A stretch of DNA of 64,000 nt, taken from Myxococcota bacterium (GTDB lineage Bacteria; Myxococcota_A; Polyangia; Nannocystales; Nannocystaceae). Position 1 is the first letter of the stretch; every line of letters starts with the position of its first letter. Positions 1 to 8,870 of this stretch are shown here, one piece after another. The notes under the pieces are model-generated. The model was not told where the DNA came from and did not search any database. It was given only the letters and a program-made list of their open reading frames with translations. A program made the position numbers and the translations under genes. The stretch covers positions 256,001-320,000 of the forward strand of contig JBCCHT010000001.1 of NCBI GenBank assembly GCA_039028615.1, written 5' to 3'.

Positions 1-580
1 CCAGCCAATCGAAGCGAGCCACCAACGCGTCGCGTTCGAAGGCCGGGTGCAGCCCCGCGAGTCGGAGGGCGCGAAAGAGCAGCCCGGCGACGCCATGGGC
101 GAACCCCAGCGGCACAGGGCGGCCGCTGGCCGTCATGCGGTCCAACGTCTGGACCTCTCGGGCGGTGAACTCCGCCCACGCGGCGAGGGTGCTCGGTTCA
201 CGGCGGCGGCATGCCGCGAAGAACACGGGCGCATCGTTGGCGAACGTGTCGAACCCGACCGGAGCCGGCGGCGGCCGCAGTGACCCCGTCGCGCGGCCAG
301 CGAGCGTGTCCTCGGCCCAGGTCAATCCTCGCTCGCCGTACACGAAGCTCGACGCGTAGCGCGGGGGTATGCGCGGCAACGTGGCCTCGGCGTGACGCCA
401 GCGCAGCGCCAGCTCCGTCACGCTCGGCACCGGGCGGCCCAGCTCACGCTCGATGCACTGCCCGAGCAGGACGAGGCCCGGCCACCCCTGGAAGACACTG
501 GGCCCTCCAATCTCGGCGGGCGCGGCACTCCGATAGCGATCGAGGATGACCGCACGGGCCGCAGCGTTCGCATTCGCCAT
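1..580 (-). CDS. LanC-like lanthionine synthetase family protein (partial, 3' end outside the window)
   Basis: Manual translation (absent from the ORF track): ATG at 580 with GAGG upstream; MANANAAARAVILDRY...SVFQGWPGLVL...SSFVYGERGL...PVPLGFAHGVAGLLFRAL..., open to position 1. The GxxG repeats and GFAHGxAG are LanC-type motifs. Confidence 0.7.
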   Translation of the reverse strand, partial: MANANAAARAVILDRYRSAAPAEIGGPSVFQGWPGLVLLGQCIERELGRPVPSVTELALRWRHAEATLPRIPPRYASSFVYGERGLTWAEDTLAGRATGSLRPPPAPVGFDTFANDAPVFFAACRRREPSTLAAWAEFTAREVQTLDRMTASGRPVPLGFAHGVAGLLFRALRLAGLHPAFERDALVARFDWL

Positions 581-645
581 GGTGATGGCCTCAGGGGATC
601 GAGTGAAGGAAGGGCCGGGGCCGCCATCGACCCCGACCCCAATAG

Positions 646-675
646 CCACGGCGACCCGGATAAGGGCCGCCGTGG
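646..675 (-). other. Stem-loop between precursor gene and LanC-like gene
   Basis: Inverted repeat CCACGGCG(646-653)...CGCCGTGG(668-675), extendable with CCC/GGG, just downstream of the precursor stop. Confidence 0.5.
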
Positions 676-685
676 AACAATGACG

Positions 686-865
686 CTAGTCCCAGTCGCC
701 GGGGGGGTACGTGGCGTCGGTGCAGGTCGACTCGGTGGCCTTGCAGCGGCGAGCGACGGGAGCAGCGGCGGCCGCAGCCGGGGCGACTCCACCAATCACG
801 CTACCGAGGGACTCCTCGGTGATTTCGTCGTTGAGCTGGCGATCGATGTTCTTGTTCTCGGACAT
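686..865 (-). CDS. RiPP (putative lanthipeptide) precursor with double-glycine leader, 59 aa
   Basis: MSENKNIDRQLNDEITEESLGSVIGG|VAPAAAAAAPVARRCKATESTCTDATYPPGDWD; SD-like AAGGAAG upstream; E(I/L)TEE-L--V-GG leader; core has 2 Cys and several Ser/Thr; directly upstream of the LanC-like gene. Confidence 0.8.
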   Translation of the reverse strand: MSENKNIDRQLNDEITEESLGSVIGGVAPAAAAAAPVARRCKATESTCTDATYPPGDWD

Positions 866-1042
866 GGTTTGCTTCCTTGTGGTGGTTGGAAACGAGGTGT
901 TCGTTTCGCATCCGAGAAGCCCTCTCCATCGACCGACCGAGTTCTGACGGGGTGATTGGAATTTTTCTCGACCGAGCACGAACGCTCGACCGAGGGAAAC
1001 CCCGACCCGAGCGAAGGTGCAGCGGATCCCGTCGCGACCGCC

Positions 1043-1729
1043 TCAGCGCCCGAACGCCCAGCCGCCTTGCCCGTGCGCGATGAACCGAATCCCCCGCGCC
1101 CTCAAACGCTCCCCGACACGCTCGATGGCCTCCCAGGAGAGCTGGTTCCTGTAGAGGTTCACGCGCCGCAGCGCGACCAGAGCGTCGGAGTCCGCGATCA
1201 CATCGGCCCCCGCATCGTTGATCGAGTTGCTGTGCAGATTGAGTTCCTCGATCTCACCGAGATTCGGCGACTCGAGCAGGGCCGAGACGCCACCGCCACC
1301 GATGCAGCAGTTCCCCAGCTGCAGCTCCACCAGCCCCTGGACACGCCTCCCGATGTGCGCCAGCCCCGGGTCGCCGAAGGTGCAGTAGCGCAATCGAAAC
1401 GTATGGAGACGTTGCAACCGCCCCTCGTCGAGCAGGCGCACCAACGCGTCGTATTCTCGGATTCGATTGGCGCGCCGGGTCATGTCGAACACGCGCACGA
1501 GGCGAAGCCAGCTGGGATAGGGCGGCGACTCTAGGCGGCGTTTCACGGCCGAGCTCAGCGTGCGAAGTTCGTCGGGCCAGCTGCGCAGGGCCGCCTCGGC
1601 CTCGGTTACGTAACGCTCACGGGCGGGCTCGGCCGACCAATGAAGCAAAACGCCCAGGAGCCGACGCCAGCTCGCCCGCGACGGCGGCTCGTCCGTGAGC
1701 GCCTCGAGAGCCTCGCTTCGTGCGCTCAC
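1043..1729 (-). CDS. Leucine-rich repeat protein (RI-like)
   Basis: Repeats LVELQLGNCCIG, IEELNLHSNSINDAGA, LRRVNLYRNQL. Confidence 0.7.
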   Translation of the reverse strand: MSARSEALEALTDEPPSRASWRRLLGVLLHWSAEPARERYVTEAEAALRSWPDELRTLSSAVKRRLESPPYPSWLRLVRVFDMTRRANRIREYDALVRLLDEGRLQRLHTFRLRYCTFGDPGLAHIGRRVQGLVELQLGNCCIGGGGVSALLESPNLGEIEELNLHSNSINDAGADVIADSDALVALRRVNLYRNQLSWEAIERVGERLRARGIRFIAHGQGGWAFGR

Positions 1730-1849
1730 GGACGCAACGTAGCACGCTGGAACCTAGGACTACTTCGGGTCCCGCATCGTTCGACACGCGGCGGTGCAAC
1801 GCGAGCACGCTGCGATTGGGCTGCCAAAAGTTTGCTACGCTGACGCGCG

Positions 1850-3370
1850 GTGCCCCTGCTCGACGCGCGCGATCTGACCGACGGCCACGTCGTCTCCGGC
1901 CGAGTGTGCGTCGCGGGGGCGGGTGCAGCGGGCATCACCATCGCCCGCGAGCTCGCGGCGGCCGGCGTCGATGTCGTGCTGCTCGAAGGCGGCGGCCTCG
2001 AGCGCGAAGAGTCCTCCCAACAGCTCTACGCGGGGGACAATACCGGCGACTACGACGTGCAGCTCGACACCTGCCGCAGCCGCCATCTGGGTGGCAGCAC
2101 GAACTGTTGGGCGGGCTGGTGTCGACCGCTCGAGGCAGAGGACTTCGAGGCTCGGGACTGGCTCGAAGGCAGCGGCTGGCCCGTCGACGCGCAGCACATG
2201 GCGCCGTACTACGCCCGCGCGCGTCAGACGGTCGAGATCGGGGCCGACGAGTGGGACGCGGACGGCATCGCGACGCGAACCGGCGCGTCGACGTGGGACC
2301 TCGACCCGGCCCGCACCAAGTTCCTCATCTATCAGTACAGCCCTCCCACCCGCTTTTGGTCGTTCTACGGGCCCCAGGTCGAGGCCTCGGACCGCATCAC
2401 CACCATTCATCACGCCAACGTCGTCGACATCCAGCTCACGGCCGATGGCAGCGCGGTGCAGCGCCTCGACTGCGCGACGCTCGAGGGGCTGCGCTTCACG
2501 GCGGAGTGCGACCACTACGTGATCGCGATGGGCGGCATCGACAACGCGCGGATCCTGCTGGCCTCGAACTCCCAGGAACCGGCGGGGGTCGGCAACGCGA
2601 CCGGTCGGGTCGGGACGTGCTTCATGGAGCACCCCCACTTCTACCGCCGGGCGGTGATCGCATTACGGGCGGATGTTGACGCGTCCTTCTACCTCCGCCG
2701 TCGGCAGGCGCTCACCTTCGACGATGCCAACCCCGACGGGCTCGAGGCCGAGTATATCCCCGCCCTCACCCTGCCCCCCGCCGTCCGCGAAACCGAGGGC
2801 TTGGTGGGGATGGCGGCGACCCTGAGCCGAGCCCAACCCGACGAGGTCCTCGGCTCCATCGAGTCGGTGCAAGCCGATCAGCTACGAGCGTTCATCCGCG
2901 GCATGCCCGACGATCTGCAGCTGCTCAAGCTCACCATCCGATCCGAGCAACGGCCCACGACCGACTCCCGCGTGACCCTCGGCGACGAACTCGATCCGCT
3001 GGGAGTGCCGCGGGTGGACGTGCAGTGGAGGCTGACGCAAGCGGACTACGACGACGTCCACCGTACGATCGAGCTGTGGAGTGCCGGCCTCGCGTACGCT
3101 CGGCTGGGTCGCATGTGGATGCCCACCACCGAGGATGGACACTTCGACCCCGGCATCGTCGACGGGGGATGCCATCACATGGGCACGACCCGGATGAGCG
3201 CCGACGCGGCAACCGGAGTGGTCGATCCCGACTGCCGCGTGCACGGGGTGGACAACCTGTACATGGCGGGCAGCTCCATCTTTCCAACCGGCGGATTCGC
3301 GAACCCGACGCTCACCATCATCGCCTTCGCGCATCGCCTCGCCAACCACCTCGCCACACTCTCCGGTTGA
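1850..3370 (+). CDS. GMC family FAD-dependent oxidoreductase
   Basis: GAGAAG dinucleotide motif, LGGSTNCWAG, HHMGTTRM, GVVDPDCRVHGVDNLY, FANPTLTI. Confidence 0.9.
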   Translation: MPLLDARDLTDGHVVSGRVCVAGAGAAGITIARELAAAGVDVVLLEGGGLEREESSQQLYAGDNTGDYDVQLDTCRSRHLGGSTNCWAGWCRPLEAEDFEARDWLEGSGWPVDAQHMAPYYARARQTVEIGADEWDADGIATRTGASTWDLDPARTKFLIYQYSPPTRFWSFYGPQVEASDRITTIHHANVVDIQLTADGSAVQRLDCATLEGLRFTAECDHYVIAMGGIDNARILLASNSQEPAGVGNATGRVGTCFMEHPHFYRRAVIALRADVDASFYLRRRQALTFDDANPDGLEAEYIPALTLPPAVRETEGLVGMAATLSRAQPDEVLGSIESVQADQLRAFIRGMPDDLQLLKLTIRSEQRPTTDSRVTLGDELDPLGVPRVDVQWRLTQADYDDVHRTIELWSAGLAYARLGRMWMPTTEDGHFDPGIVDGGCHHMGTTRMSADAATGVVDPDCRVHGVDNLYMAGSSIFPTGGFANPTLTIIAFAHRLANHLATLSG

Positions 3371-3372
3371 TC

Positions 3373-3783
3373 ATGCGGCGACGACACTTCATCAACAGCG
3401 TGGCCGCGACCACCCTCGTCGGTTGCCAGGGCGGCAACGACTCCGCCACCGACGGCGACGCCAGGCCCGACATCCAACACGGCATCGACCTCGACCTCGC
3501 CGAGGTGCTGCGTGCCTACTTTGGTGAAGGCCAGATTCCCGACGTGCGCCTGGTCGGTAGCGCATACGCCCGCCGCTTCGACACCGACGAGGACTACGCC
3601 GACGATCTGACCGACGTCGTGAGCATCGTGGGCGCATCCGGGACCATCGACGAGGCGGTCGATGCACTGCGCGCCCGAGCCGACGACGACTTCGTCGCGG
3701 CGGACATGGTCGTCGTCGACGGGTGGGCGCTGGGTATTACCGAGGCCCGCCTGAGTGCGACGGCGGACTACGTGGACGCCTAG
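3373..3783 (+). CDS. Small Tat-signal lipoprotein, probable partner of the GMC oxidoreductase
   Basis: MRRRHF twin-Arg signal plus LVGC lipobox; starts 3 nt after the GMC stop. Confidence 0.65.
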   Translation: MRRRHFINSVAATTLVGCQGGNDSATDGDARPDIQHGIDLDLAEVLRAYFGEGQIPDVRLVGSAYARRFDTDEDYADDLTDVVSIVGASGTIDEAVDALRARADDDFVAADMVVVDGWALGITEARLSATADYVDA

Positions 3784-3967
3784 CTCATTCGCTCCGATTT
3801 TTTGTGCGGCGCGGCGGCGATCGGCGCACGGCACAACGCCACGTGGGACGCCGTTTTCCTCGACTCTCTCGCGGAGCCCCCGACAGCGGCTGCGGGTTTC
3901 AACTACGCGAAATTGCTCCGAATCGAGCTTCGAGCCGGAGCACGCTCGGGCTATACAGGAGAGCGAG

Positions 3968-4558
3968 GTGCCCGACCCCGAACCCAGGATTCGCGTGGCG
4001 TTCATGCGCGCACTCGTCTCGTCGACCGAACGTCTCGAAGAGCCCACGCGCACGCTCGCTCGCGACGCCCTCGCCGACGTCACCGAGCGGGTCGAAGCCG
4101 CGCCCCGGCTCGGCTGGATGTCGGGCGATGCCAACTTCGACGCCGTGGATCGGCTCACCGAAGCGCTCGGCAAGGCGGACACTCGACGCTTCTTCCGGGA
4201 GCTGTTCGGACGAGTCTGGGCGGACTCGAGCTTCATGTCGACCTTCGTGCAGGGCTTCGTTCGCATGCACCCCGATCCCGGCGCCTACCTCAAGTACCTC
4301 AATCCCGGCTTTCGCCAGATCTTCCGAGGCTTCGGGCGCTGGACGGTCGGTGAGCGTACGGCCAACACCTCGGTGGCCGTGCTCAGCGAGATGCCCGCGC
4401 GGTGCCTCGACAACGGCGGTGCCTGGATCCACTACACCGCCGCATCCCTGGGCACCATCTACGACCTGGCCGGCGTCGAGGGACACGCGAAGGTCGTGGA
4501 GCTCGACGAGCAACAGCTGCGCGCTACGCTGCGGTTCTTCTGGTCGAGCCCCGACTGA
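3968..4558 (+). CDS. Hypothetical protein (myxobacterial DUF2378-like)
   Basis: Well-formed ORF from GTG 3968 with GAGCGAG upstream; normal codon usage; family call tentative. Confidence 0.55.
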   Translation: MPDPEPRIRVAFMRALVSSTERLEEPTRTLARDALADVTERVEAAPRLGWMSGDANFDAVDRLTEALGKADTRRFFRELFGRVWADSSFMSTFVQGFVRMHPDPGAYLKYLNPGFRQIFRGFGRWTVGERTANTSVAVLSEMPARCLDNGGAWIHYTAASLGTIYDLAGVEGHAKVVELDEQQLRATLRFFWSSPD

Positions 4559-4637
4559 GTTCGCGACTGGCAAGCGCCCCCACGACCGCCGCAGGAGCGA
4601 TTGGAGTTCGAACGTCGACGACGACGGTGAACACCCC

Positions 4638-5891
4638 TCATGGCTTGGACGAGCGGAGGCTCGTTCCTCGACGAGCCCCTTCGAACGCCGCCTTCGGAAT
4701 GAACAGCACGACCACCCCCGCCGCGATGAACAGCAGCGCGAAGAGCCCCAGCATCACGGGCATATAGGCCACGTGGGATTCCCCGAGCACGCCCGCGAGC
4801 GCAGCAAAACACGCGAAGACCAAGATCGAGGCGACGTTACCGAGGTTGTTGTAGCGGCTGAGCATCCCATCGCGCCCGACGGCTCCGGTCCACGAGGACG
4901 CGATCAGGCGGCTGAGCAACAAGAAGCGCCCCCCGGAGACACCGGCCAATACCCCGACGAGGACGAGACCAGGCACGGAGGGTCGAGTCACCATCACTCC
5001 GACCATCGCGAGCCCGCACAGCGCGGCGATCACCAGCGAGCGACGCACACAGCGAGAGGGCTCGAGGCGAGACGAGACGACGACCGTGGCCAGTGAGCAC
5101 AGCCCGACCCCCGCGATGAGGATCCCCCCCACGCGCTCGGGGCCCTCGACCTCGAGCCAGTCCGACACCAGGTAGATGAGCTGCGCGAACATCCCGAGCG
5201 AGGCCATGTAGCTGAGCACGCAGTGGGCGACGAACAAACGGCCTGGGCCCGACAGCGTCGCCCCTGTCCGGCGCTGAACGAGCTCGGAGTCCGAGTTCTC
5301 CTGCTCGGGCTCGCTCTTGCCTGCCACCCCCGACACCGTGAGCACGGTCAGAACCACCACCGCCACCGCCACCCCCAAGGTGATCGCCGTCTGACCAGAC
5401 CACAGCGCGAAAGCGAGCGGGCCCATCATCATCCCGACGACCTGAAAGCCGACCGCGGCCGACGTGTGCGTGCCGAGCCCCTCCGCCCCGGCCGCGTCGA
5501 CCAGGGTGTTGTCCGAGATGTTGAACAGCCAGTTGCTCGCGAAACGAAACACCACGTAGGCACCGCAGTAGGCCCAGACCGGCTCGAGCTGCGCGACGAC
5601 GGCGAGCAGCGGCGCCGCGTAGGCGATGGTCCCTAGGAGCAGACGCACCCGACTCAGTCGCAGGCCCCGCGCGACATGACGACGCGACAGCGAGACTCCA
5701 ACCGCGGCCCCGAGCGTCCCGAGCAGCAAGATCATGCTCAGGTACAGGCCCTTGCGCTCGGGCGCGACCTCGAGCAGGTAGGCCTGAGGCGCGACGTTGG
5801 CCACCGCCATCCACAGGAAGGTGAAACCGAAGAACATGCCCGCGCGCCAGACGAGCGCGGCCTTCGGCGGATCGGCAGGAGATTCGTTCAC
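4638..5891 (-). CDS. MFS-type transporter
   Basis: About 12 hydrophobic segments in two halves joined by a polar linker. Confidence 0.75.
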   Translation of the reverse strand: MNESPADPPKAALVWRAGMFFGFTFLWMAVANVAPQAYLLEVAPERKGLYLSMILLLGTLGAAVGVSLSRRHVARGLRLSRVRLLLGTIAYAAPLLAVVAQLEPVWAYCGAYVVFRFASNWLFNISDNTLVDAAGAEGLGTHTSAAVGFQVVGMMMGPLAFALWSGQTAITLGVAVAVVVLTVLTVSGVAGKSEPEQENSDSELVQRRTGATLSGPGRLFVAHCVLSYMASLGMFAQLIYLVSDWLEVEGPERVGGILIAGVGLCSLATVVVSSRLEPSRCVRRSLVIAALCGLAMVGVMVTRPSVPGLVLVGVLAGVSGGRFLLLSRLIASSWTGAVGRDGMLSRYNNLGNVASILVFACFAALAGVLGESHVAYMPVMLGLFALLFIAAGVVVLFIPKAAFEGARRGTSLRSSKP

Positions 5892-5910
5892 GCCCGGGCT
5901 CGTTCCGTAG

Positions 5911-6771
5911 TCAGTGCGCTGCTCGTTGCAGCAGGCCCCGGGCGCGGACCTTGCGGACCGCCGCGAGGAGCTCGCGATCGGCGAGGATGCGCGACAGGCG
6001 GGGGAACAGGCGCGTCACCGTGCGAACGAAGGTGCTGTCGCGACCGACCAAGCCCTCGAAGCTCCCCGCTCGGACCTGCTCGAGCAACGCGGCGGCGACC
6101 GGCTCGACGTCGTAGGTCTTGGTGATGTTGTTGTCCGACTCGAGCTGCCATAGAAGCTCGGACTTGGTCTCGTTCTCCAGATCGAGCCCCGGGGTTCGCG
6201 TGGTCGGAGGGAAGAAGACACCGACGCTGATGCCGTCCTCCAGCAGGTCCTGGCGTAGCCCCTCGGCGAATCCCACGATCGCGTACTTGCTGGCCGAATA
6301 AGCGCCATAGCCGTACGTGCTGAAGAACCCGAGGATGGAAGAGACCAGCGTGATATGGCCCGCCCCCTGTTCGCGGAGCAGTGGAGTCACCGCGCGCACG
6401 ACCCGAACATGACCCATATAGTTCACGTCCATCAAGCTGAGAAAATCGCCCTCTCCGAGTTCCATGCAGTCCCCGGTCAGCGCGAAGCCGCTGCAGCAGA
6501 CCACGATGTCCAGCCCGCCCATGGCCTCGGCCGCGCGGGCACATCCGTCTTCGACCGTCTCCGTCTCGCGGACGTCCATGCACACGCCGCCGTGCCCCTT
6601 GTCGGACACGCGGCGAAGGGCCCGTATCGTCTCCTGGACCGCGTCGGGCTCGTGCCCGGCCACCCATACGATGGCGCCGCGAGCCGCGGCCTCGAGTGCC
6701 GCCGAGCGGCCGATCCCCGACGAGCCTCCGACGATGAGCACCCGTGCATTGTCGAACGTCCTGATTCCCAT
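5911..6771 (-). CDS. SDR oxidoreductase, 3-ketodihydrosphingosine reductase-like
   Basis: GGSSGIG, YSASK catalytic motif, FFPPTTRTPGLDLENETK resembling the KDSR PPDTDTPG..EN..K segment; ATG 6771 chosen as start. Confidence 0.8.
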   Translation of the reverse strand: MGIRTFDNARVLIVGGSSGIGRSAALEAAARGAIVWVAGHEPDAVQETIRALRRVSDKGHGGVCMDVRETETVEDGCARAAEAMGGLDIVVCCSGFALTGDCMELGEGDFLSLMDVNYMGHVRVVRAVTPLLREQGAGHITLVSSILGFFSTYGYGAYSASKYAIVGFAEGLRQDLLEDGISVGVFFPPTTRTPGLDLENETKSELLWQLESDNNITKTYDVEPVAAALLEQVRAGSFEGLVGRDSTFVRTVTRLFPRLSRILADRELLAAVRKVRARGLLQRAAH

Positions 6772-6981
6772 AGTCGCGTCTCCACTGCGGCATGCGGTTC
6801 GTCCGCGGAGCGACACCATTCGTCCGCCCTCACGCCCGTCTCCGCATGCCTTCGTTTCCGTCTGAGTACCGACCGAAGCCGGTTCCACTCAGCCGATCGG
6901 AAAAACTTCCCGAGCGAACCATCACGGCCGTAACGGCGCGAATTGGGGTGCCGATGGGCCAATGGCTTCCACACTGAGGCC

Positions 6982-7767
6982 GTGCCTTCCCTCGAACCAC
7001 AGCGAATCGGAGACCACACCATCCGCGCCATGGAGGCTTCGGATTTCACCTCGACGCTGAAACTCTTCGAGCGCATTTTTCAGCAGTCCGAGCCCGTGGC
7101 CACCCACCTGGGTCTGCGGCCGAGCGCGATGAAGACGATGACGGACTCGTCGTTTTATCGGACGCTGGTCGAGGACGGGCTGACGGCCATCGTCGAGCAC
7201 GAACCAACGAACGAGATCGTGGGTTTTCGGCTCGCGGGAGACCTCGCGCATCAGACCGCGCCCGGGCTGCAGGAGCGCTTCGAGCAAGGCGTCGTCCAGC
7301 TGATGGATCGATTTCCTCGGATGGTCTCCACGCTCACTGCTCCGTTCTACACGGACCTGTTCGAGCTGCTGGCCTACAACCAACTCGACCACATGAACAT
7401 GGATCGGTGGCTCTGCCAGCACCTTCCCTCCGAGCAGGGACCCCTGCAACGAGGCATGGCGGTCAAGATGGCGGGGCTCGGCCTGCTCTCCGAGCACCGC
7501 GGGCGGGGGTTCGGAGGCAAGCTCATCGCCTACGTTCACCAGCTCGCGCTGCGCAAGGGCTACCGATGGTCCGTGGTCCAGTGCACGGGGCGGTACTCGC
7601 AGCAGATCTTCGAGAAGCTGAACTACACGCTCTACCACGAGGTCGAGTACGACGCGTTTCGCTTTGGCGGCCGGAGGCCGCTCGCCGGGTTGAAGAGCGT
7701 CGACGGCAGCCGACGAGAGCGCACCGCCAACGGGTACTACCTCGACCTGCAGTCCCTTCCGGCCTGA
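6982..7767 (+). CDS. GNAT N-acetyltransferase (arylalkylamine N-acetyltransferase-like)
   Basis: FQQSEP, acetyl-CoA motif HRGRGFGGKL, CTGRYSQQIFEKLNY; start uncertain. Confidence 0.7.
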   Translation: MPSLEPQRIGDHTIRAMEASDFTSTLKLFERIFQQSEPVATHLGLRPSAMKTMTDSSFYRTLVEDGLTAIVEHEPTNEIVGFRLAGDLAHQTAPGLQERFEQGVVQLMDRFPRMVSTLTAPFYTDLFELLAYNQLDHMNMDRWLCQHLPSEQGPLQRGMAVKMAGLGLLSEHRGRGFGGKLIAYVHQLALRKGYRWSVVQCTGRYSQQIFEKLNYTLYHEVEYDAFRFGGRRPLAGLKSVDGSRRERTANGYYLDLQSLPA

Positions 7768-7834
7768 CGGGCGCGTCTGCCCCCCTCGACGCTCGGCTCG
7801 GCGTTTCGCGTCGACTTCGACGCGCTGGCGCATT

Positions 7835-8299
7835 ATGGTGAGCAGAGGAGGCAGGCTGATGACAATTGGGCGTTGGATATCGAAGCTCGTGGTGGCGCTA
7901 CCGCTCGGGCTGGCGGTGGGGTGTGTCGTTGAAGAGGGAGCCGAGCCTACGGCGGGCGATCTCATGGATCGAAGCGCGGATCTGGAAGGCGAGTCGGAGG
8001 GGCTCGAGTGCGGATGTCGCTCCATCGCCCCCTCGCCGCAGAACTGGGATGAATGCGATCCAAAGGACGACGGCAAGGTCGTCAAGTCGTCCCAGCTGGT
8101 GGTCGCGAACTGCTCCGAGGTCGAGGCGCCCTACTGCGACGCCCAGTTCGGCTGCGAATTCCAAGAGTCCGAGTGCATATGCCGCGCCGAGCTCGAGGGC
8201 AGCATCTTCGACGGCTACTACTGGGAGGACGATCCCCACTGGGAATGCACCGTCCTCGACGATGGCAAGCTCGATCTGGAGCCCTGCGCGGCCGAGTGA
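7835..8299 (+). CDS. Cys-rich acidic lipoprotein
   Basis: Signal peptide with AVGC lipobox; many Cys; start may be 7859. Confidence 0.65.
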   Translation: MVSRGGRLMTIGRWISKLVVALPLGLAVGCVVEEGAEPTAGDLMDRSADLEGESEGLECGCRSIAPSPQNWDECDPKDDGKVVKSSQLVVANCSEVEAPYCDAQFGCEFQESECICRAELEGSIFDGYYWEDDPHWECTVLDDGKLDLEPCAAE

Positions 8300-8371
8300 C
8301 GCCCTCCGTTTAAGGCGGCATTAAGTCGTCACCGGGCCGCTCCCTGGCTATTCCAAGACCGGGGAGCTCGG

Positions 8372-8755
8372 ATGAACACGGTGATCGACCAGCCTTCTGA
8401 CCACGACCGGTGGCCCGCGAACGAGTGGCGGCCACCACCCGGCGCGCTGCCGATGCGCTGGGCCACCCCGCAACAGTTGCGGTCGGTCGAGCCCGTGGCG
8501 CCGTCACGCGTCGATACGTCGCCCGCTCTCACGGTCGTGCCGCGCACGCGGGCCAACACCGCACCGTTCGTTCCCGCCCCTCCTCCGGCCGATGTACCGC
8601 AGCCCGGGGGTCCCGGACTCGAGCCCACCGAGGCAGATGCGCGCGTCACCGGGGCCGACGCGCGCCCGCCACTGGCGATCGCGTGCATGCTCCTCGTCAC
8701 GTTCGTCATGCTACTCGCGTCGCTGAGCCTGGCCGTGTCGGCCGTCGTGCCTTGA
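8372..8755 (+). CDS. Hypothetical Pro-rich protein with C-terminal membrane anchor
   Basis: GGGGAG SD upstream; single hydrophobic C-terminal helix. Confidence 0.45.
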   Translation: MNTVIDQPSDHDRWPANEWRPPPGALPMRWATPQQLRSVEPVAPSRVDTSPALTVVPRTRANTAPFVPAPPPADVPQPGGPGLEPTEADARVTGADARPPLAIACMLLVTFVMLLASLSLAVSAVVP

Positions 8756-8870
8756 GGCCGAACGCGGTCCCGCGGACGAGGGCGACCGACCAGCCCTCCC
8801 CTGCGAGTTTCTCGACGGCAAAACGCCCCTGGAGCGAAAGCAACGGCCGCGAGGTTCGTTGCTTTCGCGA

